This document shows positions 1 to 9,888 of a stretch of DNA of 64,000 nt, piece after piece. Both the position numbers and the translations under genes were made by a program. Source of the DNA: Myxococcales bacterium (GTDB lineage Bacteria; Desulfobacterota; Binatia; HRBIN30); NCBI GenBank assembly GCA_037445065.1, contig JBBILD010000019.1, positions 1-64,000 on the forward strand, read 5' to 3'. Every line of letters begins with the position of its first letter. The stretch's first letter is position 1. The notes under the pieces are model-generated. The model made no database searches. It saw only the letters and a list, made by a program, of their open reading frames with translations, and was not told the origin of the DNA.

Positions 1-1704
1 GCTCGTTACGCACTGGGAGCGCTCTTCCTTCTCGCCACCGCTTCGCTCGCCATGGCAATTCCGTATTTGCTCAAGCACGCGGTGGACGCGGTTGCGGCGG
101 GGGAGGCTTGGTCGCGGGTTAGCTGGCACACGGCGCTGATTGCCGTCGTCGCCCTCGTACAGGCGGCCACCCGGACCTTGTCCCGGGCCCTAATTTTTAA
201 CGTTGGTCGCGATGTGGAGTATGACTTACGCAACGATCTGTTTGCGCATTTGCTGAAGTTATCCCCGGCGTACTACCAACGGCGATCGACTGGCGACCTC
301 ATGTCGCGCCTGGTGAATGACGTGACCGCGGTGCGCATGATGCTCGGGCCGGGCATCCTGAACTTGATCAATACTCCCCTGTACTACGCGTACGGCTTGG
401 CCATCATGCTGCACCTGGACTGGCGCCTGACGGTACTGGCCTTGTTGCCATATCCGGTCCTGCTGGTCGCAGTGAAGCGCCTGAGCTGGCGGCTGATGGA
501 AGGTACCCTGCGCGTGCAGGAAGGCTTGGCTGCGCTCAGCACCCGGGTGCAGGAGAACGTGGCCGGCAGCCATGTCGTGCGTGCCCATGCGGCCGAGGAC
601 GCCGAGGTGGCTCGCTTCCGGCAAGTCAACGACCGCTTTCGCGAGGACAGCATCTCGCTGGCCAAGGTACGTGGAAGTCTGTTCCCACTGATGCGCCTCG
701 CCACCGGAGCTGGCTCGCTCGTCGTGCTGTGGTACGGCGGAACGATGGCGGTACGGGGCGCCCTGAGTGTGGGCGACCTGGTGGCGTTTCTCGGATACCT
801 CAGTCTACTGGCCTGGCCTACCATGGCGATGGGGTGGATCTTGTCGGTGCTGCAGCGCGGTCGGGCTGCCATGCAACGATTGGAGGAAGTGTTTGCAGCC
901 GAGCCGGAAATCCGTGATCACCCCGAAGCACGGCCGCTTGCGCAAGTGCGAGGCGAACTGGAAATTCGTAACCTCACGTTTGCCTACCCTGGCAGGGAAC
1001 AGGAGCCGGCGCTGCGCGGTATCTCCGTGCGACTTCCCGCCGGTTCCACCCTGGGGGTGGTTGGCCATACCGGTGCCGGCAAGAGCACGCTGGCGCTACT
1101 CTTGCCGCGCTTGTGGGAGCCAACTGGTGGGCAGATTCTACTCGATGGACGCGACGTACGTTTGCTTCCGCTACGGCAGCTCCGTAGCCTCGTTCGCGTC
1201 GTACCCCAGGAACCGTTTCTCTTCTCGACCACGGTGCGGGCGAACATTGCGTTTGCGGTGGGCGAGGTCGCGGATGAAGAAATCCGGCGGGCAGCCCGCT
1301 TAGTGGGCATCGAACAGGAAATCGAGCGCTTTCCGGCCGGTTACGACACGGTGGTCGGGGAGCGGGGGATCACCCTCTCGGGCGGGCAGAAGCAGCGGCT
1401 CGCGCTGGCGCGAATGCTGCTTGCTCCGGCGCCAGTGTTGGTGCTCGACGACCCGTTGTCGAGCGTGGATGCGGAAACCGAAGCCCGCATTGTGAGGGCG
1501 CTCGAGGGAGCTTTGCAGGGGCGGGCGACACGGGTGGTGATTTCGCACCGCATTTCCGCGGTACAACACGCAGACCACATTGTGGTTCTTTCCCGTGGCC
1601 AGGTGGTGGAAGCGGGACGGCACGATCAGCTCCTGCGCCGCGGTGGGCTTTACGCAGCCTTGTTCCGCCAGCAGCGTCTCGAGGAGGAAATCGCGGCGCT
1701 ATGA
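1..1704 (+). CDS. ABC exporter fused permease/ATPase (YheI/MdlA-like), 5' end probably outside the window
   Basis: Frame is open from base 1 (ARYALGALFLLATASLAM...). TMD followed by an NBD with Walker A GHTGAGKS, signature LSGGQ and degenerate Walker B VLVLDD. Confidence 0.9.
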   Translation, partial: ARYALGALFLLATASLAMAIPYLLKHAVDAVAAGEAWSRVSWHTALIAVVALVQAATRTLSRALIFNVGRDVEYDLRNDLFAHLLKLSPAYYQRRSTGDLMSRLVNDVTAVRMMLGPGILNLINTPLYYAYGLAIMLHLDWRLTVLALLPYPVLLVAVKRLSWRLMEGTLRVQEGLAALSTRVQENVAGSHVVRAHAAEDAEVARFRQVNDRFREDSISLAKVRGSLFPLMRLATGAGSLVVLWYGGTMAVRGALSVGDLVAFLGYLSLLAWPTMAMGWILSVLQRGRAAMQRLEEVFAAEPEIRDHPEARPLAQVRGELEIRNLTFAYPGREQEPALRGISVRLPAGSTLGVVGHTGAGKSTLALLLPRLWEPTGGQILLDGRDVRLLPLRQLRSLVRVVPQEPFLFSTTVRANIAFAVGEVADEEIRRAARLVGIEQEIERFPAGYDTVVGERGITLSGGQKQRLALARMLLAPAPVLVLDDPLSSVDAETEARIVRALEGALQGRATRVVISHRISAVQHADHIVVLSRGQVVEAGRHDQLLRRGGLYAALFRQQRLEEEIAAL

Positions 1705-3560
1705 ACAACCCAGAACCCAAGCAGACTTCCTGGCGCGAACGCTGGGGTTTGGCGCTCCGCGGCGCCGACGGGGGGGAGGAGAAGGCGTACGATCTACGAT
1801 TGCTGTTGCGGTTGTGGACCTTTTTGCGTCCCTACCGCCGGGAATTCGCGGGGGCGGTGCTGGCCTTGCCGGCCGGGACCGCCTTTTCGCTGGCGCAACC
1901 GTACTTACTGAAACTCGCCATCGATCATTACGTCGCCGTGGGGATTGCCTCTGGACTCGGTTGGCTCGCCGCAGCGTACCTCGGAGCGCTGCTGGGCGAG
2001 GCCCTGTTCCTGTACCTCGAGTACTATTTTGCAATGCTCGTGGCGCAACGGAGCTTGGCCGATCTGCGCCTGGCTCTCTTCCGCCATCTGCAGCGACTGC
2101 CTGCGGACTTCTTCGATCGGAACCCGGTGGGCCGGGTGGTGACCCGGCTTACGACCGACGTGGACGTCATCAGCGAAATGTTTGCGGCCGGAGTGGTCAC
2201 TGTGCTCATGGATTTTCTGACCCTGGCCGGAATTGCCGTGATTTTATTTTGGATTGATGTGCGTTTAGCGCTGGTGAGTTTGGCGTTGGTACCTTTTCTG
2301 GTGTGGATGGTGAATTTCTTTCGCATGCGGGCACGGCGCAGCTACCGCGCCATTCGCGAGCGAATCGCCCGCCTGAACGCGTACCTGCAAGAGGCCCTGT
2401 CGGGGATGGTTGTGATTCAGCTCTTTACTCGCGAAGCAGCCGCATGGACCGAATTCGACCAGCGCAACGATTCGCATCGGCGGGCCAATCACTCCGCGAA
2501 TGTGTATGAAGCGCTGCTCTTTTCACTAGTGGAAGCGGTGGGAAGTGTCTCTGCCGCTTTGGTTCTTTGGTACGGAGGCAGGCAGGTACTGGCCGGTACG
2601 GTCGCCCTCGGAACGCTGGTGGCGTTTCTCGAGTACTTGCAGAAGTTCTTCGTTCCCATCCGCGATTTCTCCAGTAAATACGCTGTGCTGCAGTCGGCAA
2701 TGGCTGCGGCGGAGCGCATCTTCGACTTGCTCGACACACCGCCAGCCGCCTCGGTCGAAAAGCCAGGTGCGTACCGCGGGCCTTTAAAGGGCCGCATCGT
2801 GTTCGAGAACGTGTGGTTTGCGTACCGCAACGACCACTGGGTGCTGCGTGACGTAAGCTTTACCGTAGAAGCCGGCCAGCGAGTCGCGCTGGTAGGAGCC
2901 ACTGGCTCCGGAAAATCCACCATTGTCAAGTTGTTGTTGCGCTTTTACGAGCCGCAGCGCGGGCGGATTCTCGTGGATGATGTCGACTTGCGCGATTGGG
3001 ACCCGCAAGCGTTACGGCGGCAAATCGGCATGGTGGCTCAAGACGTGTTCCTTTTCTCAGGATCGGTGGCTGAGAACATTGCCTTTGCGCGCCCGCAGAG
3101 TTCGCGCCAGGAAATCGAGCGGGTGGCCGCCCTGGTCCATGCCGACCACTTTATCCGCACCCTGCCACGGGGCTTCGACGAGCTGCTCAACGAGCGTGGC
3201 AGCAACCTTTCCGCTGGCCAGCGCCAGCTCCTGGCGTACGCGCGCGCATTGCACGCTGACCCGCGCGTGTTGGTTCTGGATGAAGCGACTTCGAGTGTGG
3301 ATCCGCAGACCGAGGCGTGGATCGAAGACGCAGTGGAGAAACTGCTTGCCGGCCGCACGGCGCTGCTGATTGCACACCGCCTGGCCACTGTGGAGCGGGC
3401 GGATCAAGTGCTCGTGATCCATCGCGGGGAGATCCGCGAAAAAGGGTCGCACCGCGAGCTCCTGGCGCGTGGTGGCTTGTACGCGCGGCTTTACGAGCTT
3501 CAGCGAGTTGCCCTGAATGCGGGGGGCGAAGCGGTGTCGGAGGCGGCGGCCGCAACTTAA
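1701..3560 (+). CDS. ABC exporter fused permease/ATPase (YheH/MdlB-like), partner subunit
   Basis: ATGA overlap with the upstream gene. Walker A GATGSGKS, signature LSAGQ, Walker B VLVLDE, IAHR H-loop. Confidence 0.92.
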   Translation: MNNPEPKQTSWRERWGLALRGADGGEEKAYDLRLLLRLWTFLRPYRREFAGAVLALPAGTAFSLAQPYLLKLAIDHYVAVGIASGLGWLAAAYLGALLGEALFLYLEYYFAMLVAQRSLADLRLALFRHLQRLPADFFDRNPVGRVVTRLTTDVDVISEMFAAGVVTVLMDFLTLAGIAVILFWIDVRLALVSLALVPFLVWMVNFFRMRARRSYRAIRERIARLNAYLQEALSGMVVIQLFTREAAAWTEFDQRNDSHRRANHSANVYEALLFSLVEAVGSVSAALVLWYGGRQVLAGTVALGTLVAFLEYLQKFFVPIRDFSSKYAVLQSAMAAAERIFDLLDTPPAASVEKPGAYRGPLKGRIVFENVWFAYRNDHWVLRDVSFTVEAGQRVALVGATGSGKSTIVKLLLRFYEPQRGRILVDDVDLRDWDPQALRRQIGMVAQDVFLFSGSVAENIAFARPQSSRQEIERVAALVHADHFIRTLPRGFDELLNERGSNLSAGQRQLLAYARALHADPRVLVLDEATSSVDPQTEAWIEDAVEKLLAGRTALLIAHRLATVERADQVLVIHRGEIREKGSHRELLARGGLYARLYELQRVALNAGGEAVSEAAAAT

Positions 3561-3596
3561 CAAGCTCGGAGCCGACGATCTCGATAGGGTTGTTTA

Positions 3597-5321
3597 CTAG
3601 TCCTCTAGGCGATCGAGCGCGGCGAGGCCCCACCGCAGTGCGGCTGCGGTCACCCCGACCATGAGCACAGCGGACGCGAGCAGGGAACCCCACACAGTTA
3701 GGGAGGTCAGGCCGGACAACGGTTCCTCCTGCAAGTAGCTCGAGAACATCACGTACACAGGCCAGGCCTGCAGGATGATCACCGCGGTCGCAAAGCTCAT
3801 GCACAGCACCATGGAGACGAGCCCGCCCACTCCTGTGGCGATCTTGGCGGCATGCTCGGCATCGAACTTCGGGTAGCGGGTCCCAGTTGCCATACTGATC
3901 GCGCAAATGCCGAAGGTGAGTCCGAGCATGGTCAGGGGGGCAAGCCACCGCATGAAGGGCAGCACGCGCAGATAGTGGTTCGTGACTACGATCAGTGTTT
4001 CCGCCAGCGCCAGCATGGGGACGAGTCCAGCAAAGAACTTGCTCCACCAGAGCTGGCGAAGAGAAATGGGCGCGGTGCGCACGATCCACAGCGCTTTGCC
4101 CTCGAGGCTCAACGCTGGAAACAGAAAGCGCAGCGCTACCGAGGTCACCACGAAGCTTGCCAGCAGTAGGTTCAAGAAGGAGATCACGTTGCGAAAATAG
4201 AATGTGACCAATGGAAAGCCGCCGAGCGGCAATACGCTGAAGTTGTACACATACACCACCACTAGGGCGAGCAGGAGGATGAGTTGCGACCATTGGCTCG
4301 TGTCTCGAAAAAACGTGCGGATCTCTTTCCCGAGAATACGCCGAACCGAAGCGGGCCAGAAGGCAAAAAGCCTGTCGAAGATGCGGTCCGACAGCGCCCA
4401 CCGCGAGTAGCGCGAGCGCCGTCCTTCTTGTGCCTTGCTGAATCCAGAGGGGAACAAGCGGATGGTAACCAACCCGGAAGCGGCCACCGTCAGCACTGCG
4501 GTGGTTGCAAGGAGGAAGAGGTAAAAGGGCGCCACCGCGTACTCTTCGGTGGCCAGAGAGTGCAACACCTCGGCAGCCCAGGAGCTGGGCAGGTAGGGAG
4601 CAGTTGGCGCGCGCATCGCGGCCAAGAATTGCGTGAACTCGGCGAATGTGTCGGGCTCAACCAGGCGTTCGGGCTGGAGCAAGCGGAGCGAGAGGTAGAG
4701 CACGGCAAGAGCGACGATGGCAAGAAGCACGAGCAAGTCGCGCGTACGACGGGCCGGGAAAACGTTCACGAGCACGGCTGTGAGAACTACGCCCAACCCT
4801 GCGGGAACGAGGATGAAGAGGATCACGGTCAGCGGGATGCTCAAGTAGAAGGCGGGCCCGGCTTGGTGGGCGAGGCCGTACGCCACAAAGGCGGGGAAGC
4901 CGAACACAACCACCATCCAGGAGGACTCGAGCACGGTCTCGGCGAACCGCGCGCGGAACAACATCGAGCCGGGTAGAGGTGCAGCGACCAGGCGATCCAG
5001 TTCCGCACTCAAAAAGAAGGTGGAAAGGGCGGTCACGACGTTTGAAAAGAGCAGCACGGAAAAGAAGGTGAGGAACACCATGGCGAGCAGTTTGTAGGTC
5101 AGGATCGGTCCGAACTCGGGAACGGAGAGGAAATGTTGCAGGACGCGGTAGAAGAAGACGAACACTCCCGCAGAAAAGGTGAGCGCCAGCGTCGCCACGA
5201 ACCAGCGCTGCCAGCGCTGGCTTCGGCTCTGCCGGTAGCGGTTACGGGCCGTGAGCCAGCGCGGCCTGAGAAGCCACCACCAAGAAGCGCCCGGGCCGGG
5301 CAGGGGGTCGCCCTGCATCAC
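3597..5321 (-). CDS. ABC-2-type transporter permease (multi-TM)
   Basis: Highly hydrophobic 574-aa ORF with KE..FFRD and LSLEG...W motifs. Start overlaps the stop of the ABC ATPase gene. Confidence 0.8.
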   Translation of the reverse strand: MMQGDPLPGPGASWWWLLRPRWLTARNRYRQSRSQRWQRWFVATLALTFSAGVFVFFYRVLQHFLSVPEFGPILTYKLLAMVFLTFFSVLLFSNVVTALSTFFLSAELDRLVAAPLPGSMLFRARFAETVLESSWMVVVFGFPAFVAYGLAHQAGPAFYLSIPLTVILFILVPAGLGVVLTAVLVNVFPARRTRDLLVLLAIVALAVLYLSLRLLQPERLVEPDTFAEFTQFLAAMRAPTAPYLPSSWAAEVLHSLATEEYAVAPFYLFLLATTAVLTVAASGLVTIRLFPSGFSKAQEGRRSRYSRWALSDRIFDRLFAFWPASVRRILGKEIRTFFRDTSQWSQLILLLALVVVYVYNFSVLPLGGFPLVTFYFRNVISFLNLLLASFVVTSVALRFLFPALSLEGKALWIVRTAPISLRQLWWSKFFAGLVPMLALAETLIVVTNHYLRVLPFMRWLAPLTMLGLTFGICAISMATGTRYPKFDAEHAAKIATGVGGLVSMVLCMSFATAVIILQAWPVYVMFSSYLQEEPLSGLTSLTVWGSLLASAVLMVGVTAAALRWGLAALDRLED

Positions 5322-6079
5322 GCGCGCAGGGCGGGCAAGATCTCCGCCACGTCCTCGGCTCCAGTGAGGCGCAAGAAAATCGCTTCCAAATCGGCACCAG
5401 CGTGGCTGCCCGCCCGCTGCCGGAGTTCCTCCAACGTACCGAGCGCGATCAACTCCCCGCGGTCGATAATGCCGATGCGGTCCGCCACTTCCTCGGCAAC
5501 TTCGAGGCTGTGGGTGGAGAGGAACACCGTAACCCCGTGCCGCGCCAGGCTGCGCAGCGTGCGTTTGAGTAAGCGAGCGCCACGCGGGTCGAGACCGACC
5601 ATGGGCTCATCGAGGATGAGGATACGCGGCTCGTGCACCAGCGCGGCAGCGGTGACCAGGCGCTGCTTCATTCCGTGCGAGTAGTTCTCGATGAGTTCCT
5701 CGCTCCATTCCGTGAGGTCGAACATTTCCAGCAAGTGCGTGCAGCGGCGGGCTGCTAGTTGCGGCGGCACGCCGTAGAGGCCCGCGACGAAGTCCAGAAA
5801 CTCCTGTCCGGTGAGCTTTTCATACAGGTGCGGGCGGTCCGGTACGAAGCCGCAAATGCGCTTGGCGGAAATGGGATCGCGCCCTAGATCGTGTCCCCCC
5901 AGCACGACCCGACCTGAAGTCGGCTGAAGCAAGCCCATCATCATGCGAATCGTAGTGGTCTTGCCGGCACCGTTCGGACCGAGACAAGCGAATACCTCGC
6001 CTTTCTCCACGCGCAGCGAGAGGTTGCGCACTGCGGGAAAGGACCCGTAGTAACGGGTCAGCTCCACCAACTCGATCAT
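5318..6079 (-). CDS. ABC transporter ATP-binding protein
   Basis: Start taken at MIELVELTRYYG (6079). Motifs GPNGAGKTT, YSHGMKQR, ILDEP. Confidence 0.9.
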   Translation of the reverse strand: MIELVELTRYYGSFPAVRNLSLRVEKGEVFACLGPNGAGKTTTIRMMMGLLQPTSGRVVLGGHDLGRDPISAKRICGFVPDRPHLYEKLTGQEFLDFVAGLYGVPPQLAARRCTHLLEMFDLTEWSEELIENYSHGMKQRLVTAAALVHEPRILILDEPMVGLDPRGARLLKRTLRSLARHGVTVFLSTHSLEVAEEVADRIGIIDRGELIALGTLEELRQRAGSHAGADLEAIFLRLTGAEDVAEILPALRA

Positions 6080-6243
6080 GCCGTCATGGTGCGCGATCCA
6101 GGGCGCGTAGGCAACCGCTTTCTCTTGCCTACGAGGGGGAACGGGGCCTGAAAACAAAGACTGTCTTGACATTCCTGCCACTTTCGCGGTAGCGCGTGCT
6201 GTTCGCCGATTTGGCGGGAATCCTGACAACGAAAGGAAGCTGT

Positions 6244-7554
6244 ATGAAGGGGAAAAACGCGCTGCGCACCTGGGTGGTTGCCTGGCTTGTGGCTGGAGGA
6301 CTCGCTGCCGCACCCGCGCGCGCAGCCACCTGCGGGGACCGAGTGGTGGAGCCGCCCGAAGAATGCGACGATGGTGGGGTGTGCATCGGGAGCGACAACG
6401 CTGGCACCGCCTGCACCAGTGACAGCCAGTGCCTAGGCGGAATCTGTAAGACCTTTGGCGGGGATGGCTGTGCTGCAAACTGCACGTTCGAGCAGGATGT
6501 TCTTTATCGCCTTGTGCCTGGACAGGTCGTCGGAAGCGGTTTGCAGCAATCGTTGACCGCAGGCACGAGCGGGATCGTTGCCAGCGCTGGCTTCTTGGGT
6601 TCGATTGCAATCCCGCTGGATGGTCAGCTCGTCTTGACCATCGGTAAGGAACGCGACGGGCAGATCCCAGTGGTGGTGAAGAGTGAGTCTGTGCGGTTTC
6701 CGCCAGTGGAAGTGAGTGTGCTCGGTTTTACCGGTTGCGGGTGTGCACACGGGGCAGCGGTAAAAACCTGTGGCGGGACCTTCCTCGACAGCGATGGCTC
6801 GGTGGCCCCGGACTGTACCGACGACCCTACTGTGTGCGAGGGTCGTAAGCCGTGCACATACTTACACGGCCCAGGTAATACGCTCTCCGGTGTAATCGCT
6901 TGTAACGGTCTCTCGAATGCGAACTTGTCGTACACCGTGGATATGGGCGGTGAGCTTGGCGGTCCGCTTCCTCCGGTGATCACCCTTTCTGGCGAAGGGC
7001 CTGCGGGTGCGGCGGTCGTGACGGCCACGATTGGCCTGGATGTGTTTCTGGTTTCATGCAGCGGCCAGGGGCCGAAGCAAGGGCCGGACGGCCAGCTGTG
7101 CACGGCCGATGACGGGACTCCGGATGCTCAAGTGAATGCCTCGAATTTTGCAGTGACCGGGACGGCAACGGCGGCGTTGGTCAATTTCCCGGGGGGAGAC
7201 GCTCCGATCGAGGCTTCGACCTCGGGCAGCCCCTTCGCATGTGGCCCACTGGCGGCGGGGAATCCGGGTGGAGCAATGGTCGTCTCGGCGTTTGCTCTCC
7301 CAGATCTCGCAAACCTTGCTTCGGCTGCGGTCACCCTGCAGCTTGCGGCGCAGCCCAACGAGACCACGCCCGCGTGTACAGGCGACTGCGGAAACGACGG
7401 CGAAGTTACGGTGAACGAGATCATCATGATGGTAAACATCGCCCTCGGGTCGCAGGAGGTGAGCAGCTGCGGTGCGGGGGATGCCGACGGCAACGGTGAG
7501 ATTACGGTGGACGAGATCATCGCTGCCGTGAACCGCGCCTTGAATGGCTGTTGA
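6244..7554 (+). CDS. Secreted Cys-rich protein: Myxococcus-type Cys-rich repeat (DUF4215-like) plus C-terminal dockerin/EF-hand-like pair
   Basis: AAAGGAAG RBS, signal peptide ending ARA, CGDRVVEPPEECDDG...GDGCAANC, and C-terminal GDCGNDGEVTVNEII / DADGNGEITVDEII. Confidence 0.8.
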   Translation: MKGKNALRTWVVAWLVAGGLAAAPARAATCGDRVVEPPEECDDGGVCIGSDNAGTACTSDSQCLGGICKTFGGDGCAANCTFEQDVLYRLVPGQVVGSGLQQSLTAGTSGIVASAGFLGSIAIPLDGQLVLTIGKERDGQIPVVVKSESVRFPPVEVSVLGFTGCGCAHGAAVKTCGGTFLDSDGSVAPDCTDDPTVCEGRKPCTYLHGPGNTLSGVIACNGLSNANLSYTVDMGGELGGPLPPVITLSGEGPAGAAVVTATIGLDVFLVSCSGQGPKQGPDGQLCTADDGTPDAQVNASNFAVTGTATAALVNFPGGDAPIEASTSGSPFACGPLAAGNPGGAMVVSAFALPDLANLASAAVTLQLAAQPNETTPACTGDCGNDGEVTVNEIIMMVNIALGSQEVSSCGAGDADGNGEITVDEIIAAVNRALNGC

Positions 7555-7656
7555 GGCACGCACGCTTTTCGTCGTGCTTTGCCAGTTTGGTCACAGCGAA
7601 TCCCGGCAGCTCGGTGCCTCGGGGGCGAAGCCAGGGTAGAACCAGCTGGTCGGAGG

Positions 7657-7685
7657 TTGCAGGTCAGCGGGGCGCTGGCTAACGT
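7657..7685 (+). promoter_or_regulatory. Candidate sigma70 promoter of tRNA-Met
   Basis: TTGCAG-N17-TAACGT followed by a GC-rich discriminator-like GGCGCCCC, 24 nt before the tRNA. Confidence 0.5.
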
Positions 7686-7709
7686 GGCGCCCCGCTGGCG
7701 GTTTTTGCT

Positions 7710-7783
7710 GGCGGCGTAGCTCAGTTGGTTAGAGCGAGGGTCTCATAATCCCTAGGTCCGTGGTTCGACTCCACGCGCCGCCA
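7710..7783 (+). tRNA. tRNA-Met (CAT), elongator type; CCA not encoded
   Basis: Acceptor stem GGCGGCG/CGCCGCC plus discriminator A, D-arm GCTC..GAGC, anticodon loop CTCATAA, T-arm CGTGG-TTCGACT-CCACG. G1-C72 is paired, so not an initiator. Ile2 is not fully excluded. Confidence 0.93.
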
Positions 7784-7964
7784 CTTTGCCTCGAGCCCTT
7801 GGTGGGCGGGATTCTGCTGAGCTGTCGAAGGGCCAGGGGTTGCGCGGTCCCCAGTCGCCGCGGTCGTGGCTGTGCCTCGGCGCTCAGCTAGCGGAAGTGG
7901 GTCTACGGCTGGCGGAAGGCGTTTCTGTGTTGCCACGTGCATGCTCGGGCGGTACGAGAGAACG

Positions 7965-9866
7965 ATGATGCCTGGGTGGTTCTTCTTGCGGCGTGGGGGA
8001 AGTATCGGGAGTTGCCTGGGGTTGCTCCTTCTGGGGAACGTAGCCTTGGGGCCAGCGCTGGCGGTGACGGATGGACCTGAGGCGATGGCTGTGTGCGGCA
8101 ACGGTGTTGTCGAACCAGGCGAGGAGTGCGACGACGGTGGCATTTGCATCGGTGGCCCGAAGGCCGGGGAAGCTTGCTGGGACGAAAGTTCGTGCGTTGA
8201 GGGAGGGGTGTGTCTGGGCGGGCCGCGCGAAGGTACGCAGTGCACGAGTCATCTAGCCTGCCCGTTCGGGAAGTGCGTCCGCTGCCGCCCCTTCGGGGGC
8301 GACGGTTGTGCGGCGAACTGTACCCGCGAGCGAGCCGTACCCATGAACCTGATCCCTGGGGTGGCGAAGGGGAACGTGGTTCTGACAGGTACGAGCGGGA
8401 TTATCGTAAACAGTGGGTTTTTGAACCTCGGGATCCCGGTGTCGGGGTTCCAAACCCTCAGCATCGGCAAAGCACGCGAGGGCAAGATTCCGCTTGCTGT
8501 CCGTGCCGACTCGGTTTTCTTCCCGCGCATCTCGGTGGCGGGGATTGTCTGCGGTTGTGCGCGGGGATACGCGGCGAAGACCTGTGGTGGCACCCTGTTT
8601 GAGGCCGATGGGGTGACGCTTTCTCGCGACTGTACCGAGCCCTTTACTGCCGGCGATGCAGAGTGTAGCGGCCGCTACCCTTGCACTTTCGTGAATGGGC
8701 CTGGGCTCTCTGCCGCCGGCGTTGTCGGCTGCTCGGGTCTCGAAGCCCACAACGTGACCTTGGCGCGAGACTGTAGTGCGGTCCCAGAGGCTCCCGGCGG
8801 GCCACCCCTGCTGAGTGTGGCAGGGGCTGGCGGTCCGGGGGCAGCGCTGGTGACGGTGAGCACCTTGGTGACCGCCTTGGTGGGTTCGTGCACCGGCAGC
8901 GAACCGGCCATGGGACCGGACGGCGAGTTTTGCACACCCGATGACGACTTGCTGGCCTCTCCGAGTCTGCGTTTTACGCTACCAGCGACCACTGGCGTGG
9001 CCAGCACAGTGATCCATAATGCTAGCAACGTAGCGGGCCTCGAACTCGGTCCCTTCAGCGCCACTGGCGTGCCGTTCTCGTGTACCAGCTTGGAGGAGGG
9101 CCGTGCCGATGGGGCCACGCTGGTAGGCGTACTGGCGACGTGCGACCAAGTGCCGCTTGGAGATTTGGCGGCGCGCTCGCAGCTCGCGGTGGGGGAGCCA
9201 CGCGCGACGCCGACCGTGACCCCGACCGGGCCGACTCCCACGCCCACGGCGACGCCGCCTTTGATCCGGGGCGACCGCCGCGACCCGCATCGCCCGGCCG
9301 GTTGCCAGGCCGCCTGGCGGGTGCTCGGGGCCGCGCCCGTGCTCGATCGCTTCGGGCTGCCCCGCAATAAGCTTCGTTGTTACGACGGTGATGCGGCCTG
9401 CGACTTTGCCGTGGATGTGCCAGGCCGTTGTGAGTTTCTCGTTCAACTTTGTTTCAACGTGGCCGATCCGAGCTTACCGAACTGCCAGCCATCTGGCGTG
9501 AGTTCCCTGGAGATTTTGCGGCCAGACCCGAGGCGAGCCCGCCTGCCCGCCGTGCAAGAGGCGTGGGCAGCGGACCGCTTCGCGTTAGAGTCCGCCGCAA
9601 ACCATTTGCTCGACCCGGCTCGCCCGGGCGATGGCTTTGTGTATCGGCTTCCCCTGCGTCCGCAGCAGCGGAACTTTTGTTCGGCACCGTTTCCCATACG
9701 GGTCGTGGTCGGAGGGATGCGCAAGGCTACTGCCCATTTGCGCCTGCGTACCCGAGACATGGCATTCCCGGCACGAACGGAGGTGTCTGGTCTGGATTTG
9801 GTATGTATCCGCCCACCTTTGCGTGGAGGAGATGACGTCACTGTGACATCCAAGCTCTCGCCGTGA
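7965..9866 (+). CDS. Secreted Cys-rich protein, paralog of 6244..7554, with Pro/Thr linker and a different C-terminal Cys domain
   Basis: CGNGVVEPGEECDDGG...FGGDGCAANCT, KTCGGT and GPDG.C motifs shared with the upstream paralog; PTVTPTGPTPTPT linker. Start uncertain. Confidence 0.78.
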   Translation: MMPGWFFLRRGGSIGSCLGLLLLGNVALGPALAVTDGPEAMAVCGNGVVEPGEECDDGGICIGGPKAGEACWDESSCVEGGVCLGGPREGTQCTSHLACPFGKCVRCRPFGGDGCAANCTRERAVPMNLIPGVAKGNVVLTGTSGIIVNSGFLNLGIPVSGFQTLSIGKAREGKIPLAVRADSVFFPRISVAGIVCGCARGYAAKTCGGTLFEADGVTLSRDCTEPFTAGDAECSGRYPCTFVNGPGLSAAGVVGCSGLEAHNVTLARDCSAVPEAPGGPPLLSVAGAGGPGAALVTVSTLVTALVGSCTGSEPAMGPDGEFCTPDDDLLASPSLRFTLPATTGVASTVIHNASNVAGLELGPFSATGVPFSCTSLEEGRADGATLVGVLATCDQVPLGDLAARSQLAVGEPRATPTVTPTGPTPTPTATPPLIRGDRRDPHRPAGCQAAWRVLGAAPVLDRFGLPRNKLRCYDGDAACDFAVDVPGRCEFLVQLCFNVADPSLPNCQPSGVSSLEILRPDPRRARLPAVQEAWAADRFALESAANHLLDPARPGDGFVYRLPLRPQQRNFCSAPFPIRVVVGGMRKATAHLRLRTRDMAFPARTEVSGLDLVCIRPPLRGGDDVTVTSKLSP

Positions 9867-9888
9867 TGCGTTTCCCGCCGCTGCAACG

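Noticed and set aside
6080..6610. N-terminal extension of the ABC ATPase ORF in the track
   Set aside because: Overlaps the divergent Cys-rich gene; the NBD begins at MIELVEL (6079).
7760..7783. tRNA 3' end as an island attachment site
   Set aside because: No integrase and no duplicated tRNA end noticed in the window.
9208..9260. Repetitive CCGAC-rich stretch
   Set aside because: Encodes a Pro/Thr linker; not a CRISPR array or independent repeat.
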